The notes beneath the pieces are model-generated. The model was not told the origin of the DNA. It ran no database searches and was given only the letters and a program-made list of their open reading frames with translations. Below, one piece after another: positions 49,604 to 59,118 of a stretch of 64,000 bases of DNA. A program made the translations under genes and the position numbers. The stretch lies in sequence record OR896157.1; one strand, written 5' to 3'. Within the stretch, counting starts at the first letter, position 1. Each line of letters starts with the position of its first letter. Source of the stretch: a phage.

Positions 49604-49876
49604 TTAAGCGGTGTAATCTTCCACCATTTCCATGATGTATTCATAATCTTCTTCGTCTTGGGCATAAAAATCTTTAACCCAAAGACCAATGTCTACTTGA
49701 TGACCAATTAATTTAATTTCTGGCCAGCCGCCGCCTTGACCACTTTCATTTACAACTTCAAATTTCAAACCACTAAATGGACTATTGAAACGAGAGCCGT
49801 CATCAAACTCTAAATCAACTACTTTACCGTTTTCTTTAACGAGATCGCATACAATGTCAATTACAAGTTGTTTCAT
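49604..49876 (-). CDS. hypothetical acidic protein
   Basis: 90 aa. Confidence 0.55.
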   Translation of the reverse strand: MKQLVIDIVCDLVKENGKVVDLEFDDGSRFNSPFSGLKFEVVNESGQGGGWPEIKLIGHQVDIGLWVKDFYAQDEEDYEYIMEMVEDYTA

Positions 49877-49908
49877 TTTGATTTACTCTCTGTTGTTTTG
49901 ATAGTGCT

Positions 49909-49937
49909 ATAATACCACATCCATGCGGTGATGTAAA
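49909..49937 (-). promoter_or_regulatory. early-promoter-like motif TTTACA-N17-TATTAT (copy 6)
   Basis: Same motif family. Confidence 0.5.
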
Positions 49938-49940
49938 CGG

Positions 49941-50165
49941 TTAGTTGCAAATTTCAGAAATAGTGTCAGCCAAGAATTCGCCAGTTTCGTCAGCGCCTAC
50001 GCAGTAAGATTCAGTTAAGAATTTTACAATTTTCTCACGAGGACCGAATACTTTGTATTCATATCCCCATTCTACATCGCCTGCTAATTCACAGTTTAGA
50101 CCGAATTTTTCAACTTCAGCTTCAAAATGTTCTTCATCTGCAACGCCGAGATAGATATGTGCCAT
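49941..50165 (-). CDS. hypothetical protein
   Basis: 74 aa. Confidence 0.55.
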   Translation of the reverse strand: MAHIYLGVADEEHFEAEVEKFGLNCELAGDVEWGYEYKVFGPREKIVKFLTESYCVGADETGEFLADTISEICN

Positions 50166-50196
50166 TTTGTTTTACTCCGTTTGGTTGGTGTAAGAG

Positions 50197-50225
50197 TATA
50201 GTAACACAGCTTAAAGCGGATGTAA
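50197..50225 (-). promoter_or_regulatory. early-promoter-like motif TTTACA-N17-TACTAT (copy 7)
   Basis: Same motif family. Confidence 0.5.
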
Positions 50226-50233
50226 ACGGCAGA

Positions 50234-50297
50234 ATTAACGTAACGTAAAAGTTACTTTAGGTGGGACTTGGGAGGTTAATGTAACGTAAACGTTACT
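50234..50297. repeat. pair of 23-bp palindrome-containing direct repeats (TTAAyGTAACGTAAAmGTTACTT)
   Basis: Copies at about 50234-50256 and 50275-50297, each with GTAACG...CGTTAC dyad; located between the gene 32 terminator and the next promoter. Confidence 0.6.
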
Positions 50298-50315
50298 TAG
50301 TTCAAAAACAACAAA

Positions 50316-50339
50316 AGGAGCCCGAAGGCTCCTTCTTTT
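50316..50339. terminator. bidirectional intrinsic terminator with C(UUCG)G loop downstream of gene 32
   Basis: GGAGCC-CGAA-GGCTCC flanked by A-run and TTCTTTTTATT. Confidence 0.65.
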
Positions 50340-50341
50340 TA

Positions 50342-51262
50342 TTACAGACCGTTCAGCAGTTCGTCGAGGTCTTCATCACCGCTGGAGGCAGAACCGCCAG
50401 TTTCCATGAAGTCTTCAGCCGGTGCTGATTTCTGAGAACCTGCGTTAAAGTTCGCGAGGTCATCTTCAAAGTTGTCCAGGTCTTCACCAACCTTATCAGC
50501 CTGGGCAGAAGCGCGAGACGCGGCAGTACCCATAGCAGATGTACCCATAACCTGAAGGAATTTCTTCTGGTTATCTTCGAAAGATTTGAACTGGTCTTTC
50601 GCAGTCAGAGTAGACAGGTCAACCATTTGTTCCTGCAGCTGTGCTTGATAAGCTTCATCTTCGATGTTAGGAATCTCAGATTGGCCAAGGAACTTGGATT
50701 CATCGTAGTTGCTGAAACCAGATACTTTCTTAACTTTCAGAACGAAGTTAGCACCTTCAAACGCACAAGTTACGTCGATTGGTGTTTCGCCCATTTCAAC
50801 GTCAACGGCAACCATTGCATTGATTTTGTCCCAAATTTTCTTACCGAAACGATATTTGAAGACTTTACCTTCGTTTTCTGGAGCAGCCGGGTCTTTAACA
50901 ACCAGGATGTTCGCGTAGTAAGAAGTTTTGCGTTTCAACAGCTTGTATTCTTCGTTGTTGGTGTTATATGAATCATTCTTGGACAGATATTGACATACTG
51001 GGCAAGAATCATAATCACCGTGGGTAGAAGTACAGTTTTCAATGTACCATTTACCACCTTTCTTGAAGCCGTGATTCACTAGAACAGCGAATGGTACGCC
51101 TTCATCACCTTTACCTGGCAGGAAACGGATGACCGCTTGACCGTTACCAGCATTATCCAACTTCAGTTTCCATTCACCTTTATCTTCGGAGTTAAAACCT
51201 TTAGAACCAGACAGGGAAGCCAGTTGGGAAGCCAGGGCAGCAGGATTTTTACGCTTAAACAT
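50342..51262 (-). CDS. 32: single-stranded DNA-binding protein gp32
   Basis: 306 aa (T4 gp32 301 aa); zinc-site residues in ...[15 protein letters not shown]...; acidic C-terminal tail. Confidence 0.96.
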   Translation of the reverse strand: MFKRKNPAALASQLASLSGSKGFNSEDKGEWKLKLDNAGNGQAVIRFLPGKGDEGVPFAVLVNHGFKKGGKWYIENCTSTHGDYDSCPVCQYLSKNDSYNTNNEEYKLLKRKTSYYANILVVKDPAAPENEGKVFKYRFGKKIWDKINAMVAVDVEMGETPIDVTCAFEGANFVLKVKKVSGFSNYDESKFLGQSEIPNIEDEAYQAQLQEQMVDLSTLTAKDQFKSFEDNQKKFLQVMGTSAMGTAASRASAQADKVGEDLDNFEDDLANFNAGSQKSAPAEDFMETGGSASSGDEDLDELLNGL

Positions 51263-51337
51263 AGATTTTTACCTTTTTAATATTGACAGTTGGTGCTGCA
51301 ACGTTTGTCCTTGCAGCTGGACGACGAGATAATTATA
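51263..51337 (-). promoter_or_regulatory. gene 32 mRNA leader (candidate translational operator)
   Basis: Leader has hairpin CUGCAA-GGACAAACG-UUGCAG followed by AU-rich AAUAUUAAAAAGGUAAAAAUCU before the AUG; T4 gene 32 is autoregulated at such a leader. Confidence 0.4.
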
Positions 51338-51976
51338 TCAATGTATAATTAAAGCGTTCTTGAATATCTGAAAATCTTTATCTAACTTAGGATTCCATCC
51401 ATTCTTAAACATATTTATTATGCAATTTCCGGTTGTAGAAGTGCAATATTTACCAGTTTCTTTACTCATTAAAACCGGGCCTAAACGAGAATGTCGATGA
51501 GGACCGAAATACCAATCATAATAAATTTCAGAATTCAGCCAGTATAAATGAGCATTCCTTTTTATAGTATGTGGATGCTCCCATGGTTTAAGTCCCTTTA
51601 AATGAGAAGATTCTTTCATTTTAGACTTATGTTTTTCGGTCTTTGGAACTCCCTTTAAGCACGATTTAAAAGTTCCTTTTGCTTGAGATTTATTGAAAAA
51701 CATTTCTGATTTAACAACATTCCACTTAATGTGGAGCTCTTCTTCAATATCTAATGAAGAATCACCTTCATATAAAATATGAACTTTTGGTTTTTCCAAT
51801 TCAATAGCATCTAAAAATCTTTGTTGATAGCAAGAGCTCCAATATTCTTTACCAGATGAATCATATATTACATTGTTTTCAATATAGCATTCTTGTTTTG
51901 AACCGATATAAAAATATGGAGGAGTTCTTGCATTTAATCTTGATTCAAAGGTGAACCAATAAGTTACTCCTTTCAA
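51338..51976 (-). CDS. putative homing-endonuclease-like protein at the T4 segG (32.1) position
   Basis: 212 aa, visibly A+T-richer than flanking genes; inserted between genes 32 and 59; N-terminal GVTYWF...YFYIGS is only loosely GIY-YIG-like. Confidence 0.45.
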   Translation of the reverse strand: MKGVTYWFTFESRLNARTPPYFYIGSKQECYIENNVIYDSSGKEYWSSCYQQRFLDAIELEKPKVHILYEGDSSLDIEEELHIKWNVVKSEMFFNKSQAKGTFKSCLKGVPKTEKHKSKMKESSHLKGLKPWEHPHTIKRNAHLYWLNSEIYYDWYFGPHRHSRLGPVLMSKETGKYCTSTTGNCIINMFKNGWNPKLDKDFQIFKNALIIH

Positions 51977-52626
51977 TACTTACAATCCTTAACAGTTTTA
52001 ATAAATAACTGCTTTGCTTCTTCTCTATCTACATTCAATATCTTTCGATACGCATGCAACTTCGTAGAGTAGTTTGACCAAACTAAGTTATTGGTTGCAG
52101 TGTCATGTTTATCTATCAAATCCAGAAACGAGTCCAGAATTATAAAAGTCTCGAAAGAGATGATATTACTTTGAAGTAATTTGAATATGTATGACGAGTT
52201 AACCTTATCATTATAATCAAATAATTCATTAAGCGATTTAACTTCAACTTTCTTGCTGAAATAGTAAATATTGCGAACATCTTCTTCGAAGTTCGACTTG
52301 ATTAATTTCAGCTTACCAATATATTCACGATAAAACACTAACGCATCTGCATCGGAAATTTCACCAATCCAGGCGTCCTGGTTAGCTACCAGGTTACTGA
52401 TGAATATCAAGGTCAATTCTTTTAATGTGTACTTCTCAGATAACTTCTTGAAGAAGTATTTGTCACGACGTTTATCGTAAGCCTTATCTGATACTCGCAT
52501 GCACCAGTTGTACTTGACAACATCATATCGACCGTTGAAGTGATTCTTCAACATCAAGTACAACTTGTACACAGACTTACCGTCGATATATCGTCCACCA
52601 TTTGGTGGCATGCGCAATTTAATCAT
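51973..52626 (-). CDS. 59: gp59 helicase loader
   Basis: 217 aa, same length as T4 gp59 and near-identical N-terminus as recalled (MIKLRMP..G.RYIDGKSVYKLYLM...). Confidence 0.95.
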   Translation of the reverse strand: MIKLRMPPNGGRYIDGKSVYKLYLMLKNHFNGRYDVVKYNWCMRVSDKAYDKRRDKYFFKKLSEKYTLKELTLIFISNLVANQDAWIGEISDADALVFYREYIGKLKLIKSNFEEDVRNIYYFSKKVEVKSLNELFDYNDKVNSSYIFKLLQSNIISFETFIILDSFLDLIDKHDTATNNLVWSNYSTKLHAYRKILNVDREEAKQLFIKTVKDCKY

Positions 52627-52922
52627 AACAGGAAATCGAGTGTATTTGTCTTTTGCTGTTTACTAAAGGATGGACGCAATAAATTATCGTCTAATGCTTC
52701 GCTCATAATCTTTTCAATTATATTACCAGGAATATATTTAGCGAATGCAGTTTCAGGGAAAGAATTTTCTTCTAACCAGTGTGTAGCAGCTTCAAGATAA
52801 CTCATTCCATGTTCATTAACTAAAGCTTCGATAGCGAAGCCATTGTTCTGTTTATCTACCAATGTAGTAACAGAATCCGGCTTTTCAGCCGGAGTTTCAT
52901 CATTTAGGGAAAACAGTGTCAT
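52623..52922 (-). CDS. 33: gp33 late transcription co-activator
   Basis: 99 aa from internal ATG; C-terminus ...LLRPS...KTNTLDFLL matches T4 gp33 as recalled. Confidence 0.85.
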   Translation of the reverse strand: MTLFSLNDETPAEKPDSVTTLVDKQNNGFAIEALVNEHGMSYLEAATHWLEENSFPETAFAKYIPGNIIEKIMSEALDDNLLRPSFSKQQKTNTLDFLL

Positions 52923-53175
52923 ACAGCTCAATCGCCTCTTCAGTTTCGGCTTCAAATTCATCACGAGCAGATTTGAAGTACAGAGTCAGCAGTCGGTTAA
53001 ACATCTTACCGTCAACGCCAAGTTCATCTTTAGCGCGGTCACGAATGTCTTTGATTAGAACCTGGAAACCAGAGATTTTCAGTTTATGGTCAGCAGCTTC
53101 AACAATTAGTTTCTTGAGGTCAGCACCATGTACTGCTTCGTCAAATTCAACTGGTTCTTTCTTTTCTTTAGCCAT
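52900..53175 (-). CDS. dsbA: DsbA double-stranded DNA-binding protein (late transcription)
   Basis: 91 aa; ...HKLKISG...LIKDIR.RAKDELGVDGKMFNRLL... matches T4 DsbA as recalled. Confidence 0.88.
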   Translation of the reverse strand: MAKEKKEPVEFDEAVHGADLKKLIVEAADHKLKISGFQVLIKDIRDRAKDELGVDGKMFNRLLTLYFKSARDEFEAETEEAIELYDTVFPK

Positions 53176-53182
53176 AATTTCC

Positions 53183-54121
53183 TCAGAAATCGTTAACGTT
53201 TTTGGTTAATTTTGAAAGTCCTGATTTCACGAAGTAAGGATAGATTTTACCACGTGGAGGTACTTTATAAGAGTTATAATAATCCAGAATTTGATTAGCA
53301 ATATCTTCTGGAATATAATCGAAGTCGATAAGCACTCGGTTTTCATAGAAACGTTTGAGCTGCTCACCTTCAAGAACAGTTGTGATATCTTCAGCGTCAC
53401 AACATTGTTCAACAAATGCAGTTTTAGTTGGTGGAGTGCGCTCACCTTCTACACGAGTGTACCAGAAATCAGAACGCACAGTAATTGCTGCTACGTTATC
53501 TTTCTTATCGCCCTTCACTACTTTCATCATGCAATCAAGTGCAGGAGAACCTGTCTTCGCTTTAACAAATTTCTTCTGCATTGGAGACCACTGAGTTACA
53601 TTCGGATATTTGTGCAACTGAGTAAAGTCACCATCCGATGAAACGATAAGTACTTTATTACCTTCTAGCGAAAGCTTTTTAGTAAGGACCGCAATATGGT
53701 CATCCGCTTCCATTTTATCAATATTCATCATATGATAAGGCATGTACTTTTCAAATTCTTCGATTACGGTACGAATACCTTCGAAATAACCTTCCCAGTC
53801 CCATTCAGATTCTTCACGGCCATCAGCACGGTTCTTTTTGTAGTAATAAGCTTTATCGCGACGCCAATAGCCGGACTTGGCATTATCACAACAAATAATT
53901 ACCTTGTTGTAGCCATCCTTACGGAATTTGAAAGCATTAAATTTCAGAGTGCTCAATACCAGATGACGAAGCATCGGAGTAGTGATTTTCTCTTTATCTT
54001 TGAAGGTGTGCATCGCTGTCGCCAATGCGATTTGAGACAAGTCGACTAGAATGTAACCATCTTTTACTTGGTCTTCTTCGTCGAACAGACAGTTTAAATT
54101 AGACATTAGAACCTCGTTCAT
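53183..54121 (-). CDS. rnh: RNase H (5'-3' exonuclease / flap endonuclease)
   Basis: 312 aa (T4 RNase H 305 aa); ...GYWRRD.AYYYKKNR...EADDHIAVL...SSDGDFTQLHKYPNV.QWSPM.KK... matches T4 as recalled. Confidence 0.93.
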   Translation of the reverse strand: MNEVLMSNLNCLFDEEDQVKDGYILVDLSQIALATAMHTFKDKEKITTPMLRHLVLSTLKFNAFKFRKDGYNKVIICCDNAKSGYWRRDKAYYYKKNRADGREESEWDWEGYFEGIRTVIEEFEKYMPYHMMNIDKMEADDHIAVLTKKLSLEGNKVLIVSSDGDFTQLHKYPNVTQWSPMQKKFVKAKTGSPALDCMMKVVKGDKKDNVAAITVRSDFWYTRVEGERTPPTKTAFVEQCCDAEDITTVLEGEQLKRFYENRVLIDFDYIPEDIANQILDYYNSYKVPPRGKIYPYFVKSGLSKLTKNVNDF

Positions 54122-54137
54122 TTAGTAACAGAGTCAT

Positions 54138-54145
54138 TATAAATA
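54138..54145 (+). promoter_or_regulatory. T4-type late promoter TATAAATA for gene 34
   Basis: Exact TATAAATA about 30 nt upstream of gene 34 ATG. Confidence 0.6.
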
Positions 54146-54175
54146 AGTTCTATAATAGCAAATAGGAGCACCATT

Positions 54176-57100
54176 ATGGCAGATTCAATCAAACGCAAGT
54201 TTCGTGGCGCTGACGGCTTCGATGCTGCGGGTGAAAAAATAGTCAACGTTGCTACTGCTGACCGCACGGTGTTATCCGATGGCGTCAACGTTGAATTCCT
54301 TATCCAAGAAAACACATTACAACAGTATGATTCTACTCGTGGCTACACTTCCGGTTTCGCAGTAATTTACGACAACCGCATTTGGGTTTCAAATCGTGAT
54401 ATTGCAAAACCTGCTGGCAATTTTAATGAGCTTTATTGGACTTCGGTTCGTACCGACGCAAAATGGCGTGTAGTTTCAAGCGGAACAACAATTTTAAAAT
54501 CAGGTGAATTTATTTCTGTCGATACTGCAAAAGGTAATGACATGATTTTCACTTTACCAAATAATCCGCAAGATGGTGATACAATTATGCTGAAGGATAT
54601 CGGTAATAAAACCGGTACCGTTGGTGTAACTATCAACGCATCTATTCAAGACATTGTGTTGCGTGGCCCTACGAATAAAGTTCGCTCAGTCAAAATGACT
54701 CATCCACTGTCTCAATATGTGTTTGTGTTCAGCAATAGATTGTGGAATCTTTACGTTTCTGATTACGAACGAGTTGCTCGTATTGTAACACCAAGCGCAG
54801 TTGTTCAAGCTCAATCTAACGACTTTATAGTTCGCAGATATACTTCTCCAGACCCAATCCGTGTTACTTTGCCTAAACATGCAAACACTGGAGATATCAT
54901 CAACTTTACTGACCTTGATGGAAAGAACCCTCAATTCCATATGATTGTTAGTACATTCGATGATAACACCAATATCGGTACTGTTGGTCAAAAATCTATA
55001 GAGGTTCGTACTTCTGGTGACGGATTCATTGTATATGATGAATCAGAGTCAATCTGGAGAATCTGGGAAGGCGACTTACGTCCGCGCATGCGTGTGATCA
55101 CCGACAACGTAACTTTAATTCCAAACGAGGTTGTTACTGTTTTTGGTGTAAATAACAGCACTCAGAAAACTATTGATATAACTTTACCTACTGATATTGC
55201 TATTGGCGATACTGTCACTATTGCAATGAATTATATGCGCAAAGGACAGAAAGTAAATATCAGAGCAGCTACTGGAGATAAAATTGCTTCAAGTCTTCAA
55301 TTACTGCAATTCCCTAAACGCTCAGAGTATCCGCCTGATACCACTTGGGTAATGAATGATGTTCTTACTTTTGATGGTACTACTTCTTATGTTCCAGTAT
55401 TGCAATTATCTTATATTGAACATGCTGGAAGTAAATACTGGATTGTTGCTGATAATGATCCGACCGTAGAGCGTGTTGACTCTAAAGATAACGAAACTCG
55501 TAAACGCTTAGGTGTTATTGCATTAGCAAGTCAAGACCAAGCAAACGTTGACCACGAAAATAATCCAGAAAAAGAGTTAGCAATTACTCCTCAAACTCTG
55601 GCAAACCGTGTTGCTACTAAAGTTCGTCGCGGTATTGCTCGTTTAGTTACTTTAACTGAAATCCAAGCTCTAACTCCTGGACCGCATTTGGATGATGTTA
55701 TTGTCACTCCTGCGATGCTGAATGAAAAAACAGCAACAGAAACTCGTCGTGGTGTTGCTGAAACTGCTACTCAAGCTGAAGCAAATGGTTCAACAGACGA
55801 TGAACGTATCATCACTCCGAAGAAGCTGCATAACCGTATTGCTTCTGAGATTTTGACTGGTATTCTTAAATTAGTCAGAACGACTGGAACTCTTGCGGGT
55901 ATTGGGCGTGATACAAAAGGTACTAACGTTTATGACTATGATAACAACATTGATGCGGTAACTCCAAAATCATTGTTCCAATTCAAGTCTACTGAGCAAG
56001 CTCAGGGCGGTGTTTATCTTGCAACTCAAAACGAAGTAATTGCTGGTGGTCCAGCTCAACCTGGTTTCCCAGTGGTGGTTACTCCTGAAACTCTTCATGG
56101 TAAAACAACTACTGATGGAAGAATTGGTCTTATTCAGATTGCTAAACAAACTGAAGTAGATGCTGGTACTAATTACAATAAAGCTGTTACTCCTAAAACT
56201 CTTAATGACCGTAAGGCTCGTGAAGATTTAAGTGGTATTGCTGAAATTGCAACTCAAGTTGAATTTGATACCGGAACGGACGATACGCGTATCGTAACTC
56301 CATTAAAGGTTAAAACTCGTTTCAATTCAACCGACAGAACATCTGTTGTTGCTCTGTCTGGATTAGTTGAGCAAGGAACCTTGTGGGACCATTATACATT
56401 AGATATCAAAGAAGCATCTGAGACTCAGCGTGGTACTGCTGCTCTGGCCACTCAGGTACAAGTTGATGCTGGTACTGATGATAAGACGATTGTTACGCCT
56501 AAGAAATTGCATGCTAAGAAAGCTACTGAAACTACCGAAGGTATTATTCAAGTTGCTAACCAAGCTGAAACGGTAGCCGGTACTATTGCTAATAAAGCAG
56601 TTTCTCCTAAGAACTTTAAGTATGTTGTCCAAGAAGAAAAAACTTGGGAATCTACTATAGCTCAGCGTGGTTTCGTTAAATTATCAGAAAAAGCACTCAC
56701 CTTTAAGGGTGATACTTTAAATGGTTCTGGTCGTCTGCTTCTAGGTGATTTAATTAACGAACCCGCTTTAACAGATTTGCCTAAAGAAGGTTATGCAGTA
56801 TCTCCATACGAGATGAACCGTGCTCTGCAATACTTCTTGCCGGCTAAAGCAAAAGCTGTTGATTCGGATTTACTGGATGGAATTGATTCAACTCAGTTTG
56901 TTCGCCGCGATATCGACCAAGTAGTTAATGGCAAAATTACATTCAAAAAGGATGTTACTCTAGAAGCTCCTCTGGTGTCCTCTAGTACGGCCAAATTCAC
57001 TACCGTGAATGCTACTATATCTGTTGATATTGGTGACACCCTGGGTAATTCTAGAATCAATTTGAATACTCTGGCGAATGGCTGGAACATTGAAACTCTG

Positions 57101-57970
57101 GCGAATGGTTCAACTCTTGATTTTACTGCTACAGATAAAGTTCTGACGCTTAATCGTAATGGAAACGTAACGGTTGCTCAGACTCTGACGGCAATGAACA
57201 AAGTTGATGCTAGTAAGGGCTTTTCAGTCGAAGGTGGTACAATGGTTATCAATCCTTCCTCTACTGAAATTGTCATTGGTACTCAATCTAAGCAAGTAAC
57301 ATTGCAGAACAAAGATGCTAAGACATTCTCAGTTGTAGACCCTTCTGGCACTTACACCATTCTGAATACCAAGAATGCTTTTGAAATAACGGCTCAGGGG
57401 TTCGTTAAGAAAGCAGGTGATTCAATGACTGGGCCACTTCAAATTCAAGCTCCATTGACTGTTCAGATTCCTGAAGGACGAGTTGCTCCTGATGTTAAAC
57501 CATCAGATGATAACCCAGCTTCATGGTCTGCATCAATTACCTCAGCAGCAATTTACAACAAATTGCCTGGCTATGGTGTTCCAGTTATGGAAAAAGATGC
57601 TGAAGGACAAGACACCGGTTTCGTAGACCATTACGAATATGTTAAAGGTCCTGGTGTATTAACTCAACATGGTATTGGTAAGACTGCGGTCTATCAAATT
57701 TGGGCGCCTCGCCCAACTGTGCAAGAGTTAAACCATAATGCTCAGACTTTCTGGATTCGTAACTTCAACATCGTCACTGGCGAGTGGGACGAATTTGGTA
57801 AGATGTACACCTCAGTTCAGAGACCTACTGCAGGGGAAATTGGTGCTGTATCAACTTCTGGTTCAGCTTTCAATAACTTGACAATTCGCGATTGGTTACA
57901 GATTAAGAACGTTCGTATTGTTCCTAATGAAACTACTCGCACTGTTGACTTCATATGGGTTGATGAATAA
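54176..57970 (+). CDS. 34: long tail fibre proximal subunit gp34
   Basis: 1264 aa (T4 gp34 1289 aa); conserved N- and C-terminal regions as recalled; divergent from rnh as in T4. Confidence 0.95.
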   Translation: MADSIKRKFRGADGFDAAGEKIVNVATADRTVLSDGVNVEFLIQENTLQQYDSTRGYTSGFAVIYDNRIWVSNRDIAKPAGNFNELYWTSVRTDAKWRVVSSGTTILKSGEFISVDTAKGNDMIFTLPNNPQDGDTIMLKDIGNKTGTVGVTINASIQDIVLRGPTNKVRSVKMTHPLSQYVFVFSNRLWNLYVSDYERVARIVTPSAVVQAQSNDFIVRRYTSPDPIRVTLPKHANTGDIINFTDLDGKNPQFHMIVSTFDDNTNIGTVGQKSIEVRTSGDGFIVYDESESIWRIWEGDLRPRMRVITDNVTLIPNEVVTVFGVNNSTQKTIDITLPTDIAIGDTVTIAMNYMRKGQKVNIRAATGDKIASSLQLLQFPKRSEYPPDTTWVMNDVLTFDGTTSYVPVLQLSYIEHAGSKYWIVADNDPTVERVDSKDNETRKRLGVIALASQDQANVDHENNPEKELAITPQTLANRVATKVRRGIARLVTLTEIQALTPGPHLDDVIVTPAMLNEKTATETRRGVAETATQAEANGSTDDERIITPKKLHNRIASEILTGILKLVRTTGTLAGIGRDTKGTNVYDYDNNIDAVTPKSLFQFKSTEQAQGGVYLATQNEVIAGGPAQPGFPVVVTPETLHGKTTTDGRIGLIQIAKQTEVDAGTNYNKAVTPKTLNDRKAREDLSGIAEIATQVEFDTGTDDTRIVTPLKVKTRFNSTDRTSVVALSGLVEQGTLWDHYTLDIKEASETQRGTAALATQVQVDAGTDDKTIVTPKKLHAKKATETTEGIIQVANQAETVAGTIANKAVSPKNFKYVVQEEKTWESTIAQRGFVKLSEKALTFKGDTLNGSGRLLLGDLINEPALTDLPKEGYAVSPYEMNRALQYFLPAKAKAVDSDLLDGIDSTQFVRRDIDQVVNGKITFKKDVTLEAPLVSSSTAKFTTVNATISVDIGDTLGNSRINLNTLANGWNIETLANGSTLDFTATDKVLTLNRNGNVTVAQTLTAMNKVDASKGFSVEGGTMVINPSSTEIVIGTQSKQVTLQNKDAKTFSVVDPSGTYTILNTKNAFEITAQGFVKKAGDSMTGPLQIQAPLTVQIPEGRVAPDVKPSDDNPASWSASITSAAIYNKLPGYGVPVMEKDAEGQDTGFVDHYEYVKGPGVLTQHGIGKTAVYQIWAPRPTVQELNHNAQTFWIRNFNIVTGEWDEFGKMYTSVQRPTAGEIGAVSTSGSAFNNLTIRDWLQIKNVRIVPNETTRTVDFIWVDE

Positions 57971-59118
57971 TGGCTAAAATGATGGCGAGCTTTGGACAAG
58001 GATTTGTCCAAACTCAAGTTCTCTCTGAGAACAATTCCGTCAAGTATAAGCTAGCATTCGCTGCAGGGGTAGCTCAGTCTACCCCTTCTGAAGCTTATTA
58101 TACTTTCCAGGATGAACCTGCTGGTGTTCAATATGACGGTCCCGGCATAAATTTGAGAGAGTTTAATCCAACTAACAACCAAATGATTAACTTCAAGACT
58201 TTTAATATAAAGCCTGAAGATACAAATGCTGGAACAAAAGCGTTTGTCGATCATATGAAAACGTTAGTATCTTCTGACAATTTGCTTATAATTACTTCAT
58301 ATGATAGATTATATTCAAGCCCGTCTGTTGAAGCATTAATGAAATCAATTGGCTCAGTTTTATGGCCAAGCGTATTCTTAACGACCAATTATAGTTGCAA
58401 TTATTGTGCATTGTATTCTATAAATCGTAAAAAGATAATTGCTGAAAATGCTACTTACTCTGATTTCAAAAAAGAAGACAGAGACATTAGGCCAGCACTT
58501 GAATTCATTTATGATAAGCCAAGCGACATAGGAGCTACTGGGTATTCTCAAAAAGCAATTGATGACCCTGAAACTTATATCATCGATAAAGATAATACAA
58601 GTAAAAGATTTCCACAGCAATTTGAACGAATATCTCCAATAAGTGAATATGGAATTTCTCCTGGAGATAAAATGCAATGGAACTTTGAAGTTAAAGGTGA
58701 TGCTTCTTTAAATGCTCCTGGGCAAAATATTAGAGTTAACTTAAGATGGTTTAAAGGAAGCTCTTATTTATCTGGAGCTGTAGTCGAAACAAATCCTTTA
58801 GATGCAGACAAATGGGCTTGGCATCAAAGATATGTCACTGTACCAGACACTGCTGATGGATTTACTATCATAGCTTCTCGTTATCCAGAAGTAGCTGGTT
58901 CTGAAGGAAGCGGAGCCATTAGAGAAATGATGCTTACTCAAGTGTCAAGATTGGTTGAACCTCTTATGGACCCAGCCGGATTCGGTGTCAATGGTATTCG
59001 TATGAATAATATGATTTCTGATGGAGTAAATGAAAATACTCTATTAGTCCTTCCTGATACTGAAGATGATAAGTCTGGTAATATCTACTCATCTGACTTC
59101 AGAGAGTATAATGACTAA
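57970..59118 (+). CDS. 35: long tail fibre hinge protein gp35
   Basis: 382 aa (T4 gp35 372 aa); order 34-35-36-37. Confidence 0.88.
   Translation: MAKMMASFGQGFVQTQVLSENNSVKYKLAFAAGVAQSTPSEAYYTFQDEPAGVQYDGPGINLREFNPTNNQMINFKTFNIKPEDTNAGTKAFVDHMKTLVSSDNLLIITSYDRLYSSPSVEALMKSIGSVLWPSVFLTTNYSCNYCALYSINRKKIIAENATYSDFKKEDRDIRPALEFIYDKPSDIGATGYSQKAIDDPETYIIDKDNTSKRFPQQFERISPISEYGISPGDKMQWNFEVKGDASLNAPGQNIRVNLRWFKGSSYLSGAVVETNPLDADKWAWHQRYVTVPDTADGFTIIASRYPEVAGSEGSGAIREMMLTQVSRLVEPLMDPAGFGVNGIRMNNMISDGVNENTLLVLPDTEDDKSGNIYSSDFREYND

Noticed and set aside
54433-54991. Minus-strand ORFs inside gene 34
   Set aside because: Antisense to the tail fibre gene
57960-57972. Apparent 1-nt discrepancy between my reading of the printed sequence and the ORF track at the 34/35 junction, and at a few other starts
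   Set aside because: Most likely my own character-counting error; the ORF track was taken as authoritative and hand-read motif coordinates are given as approximate
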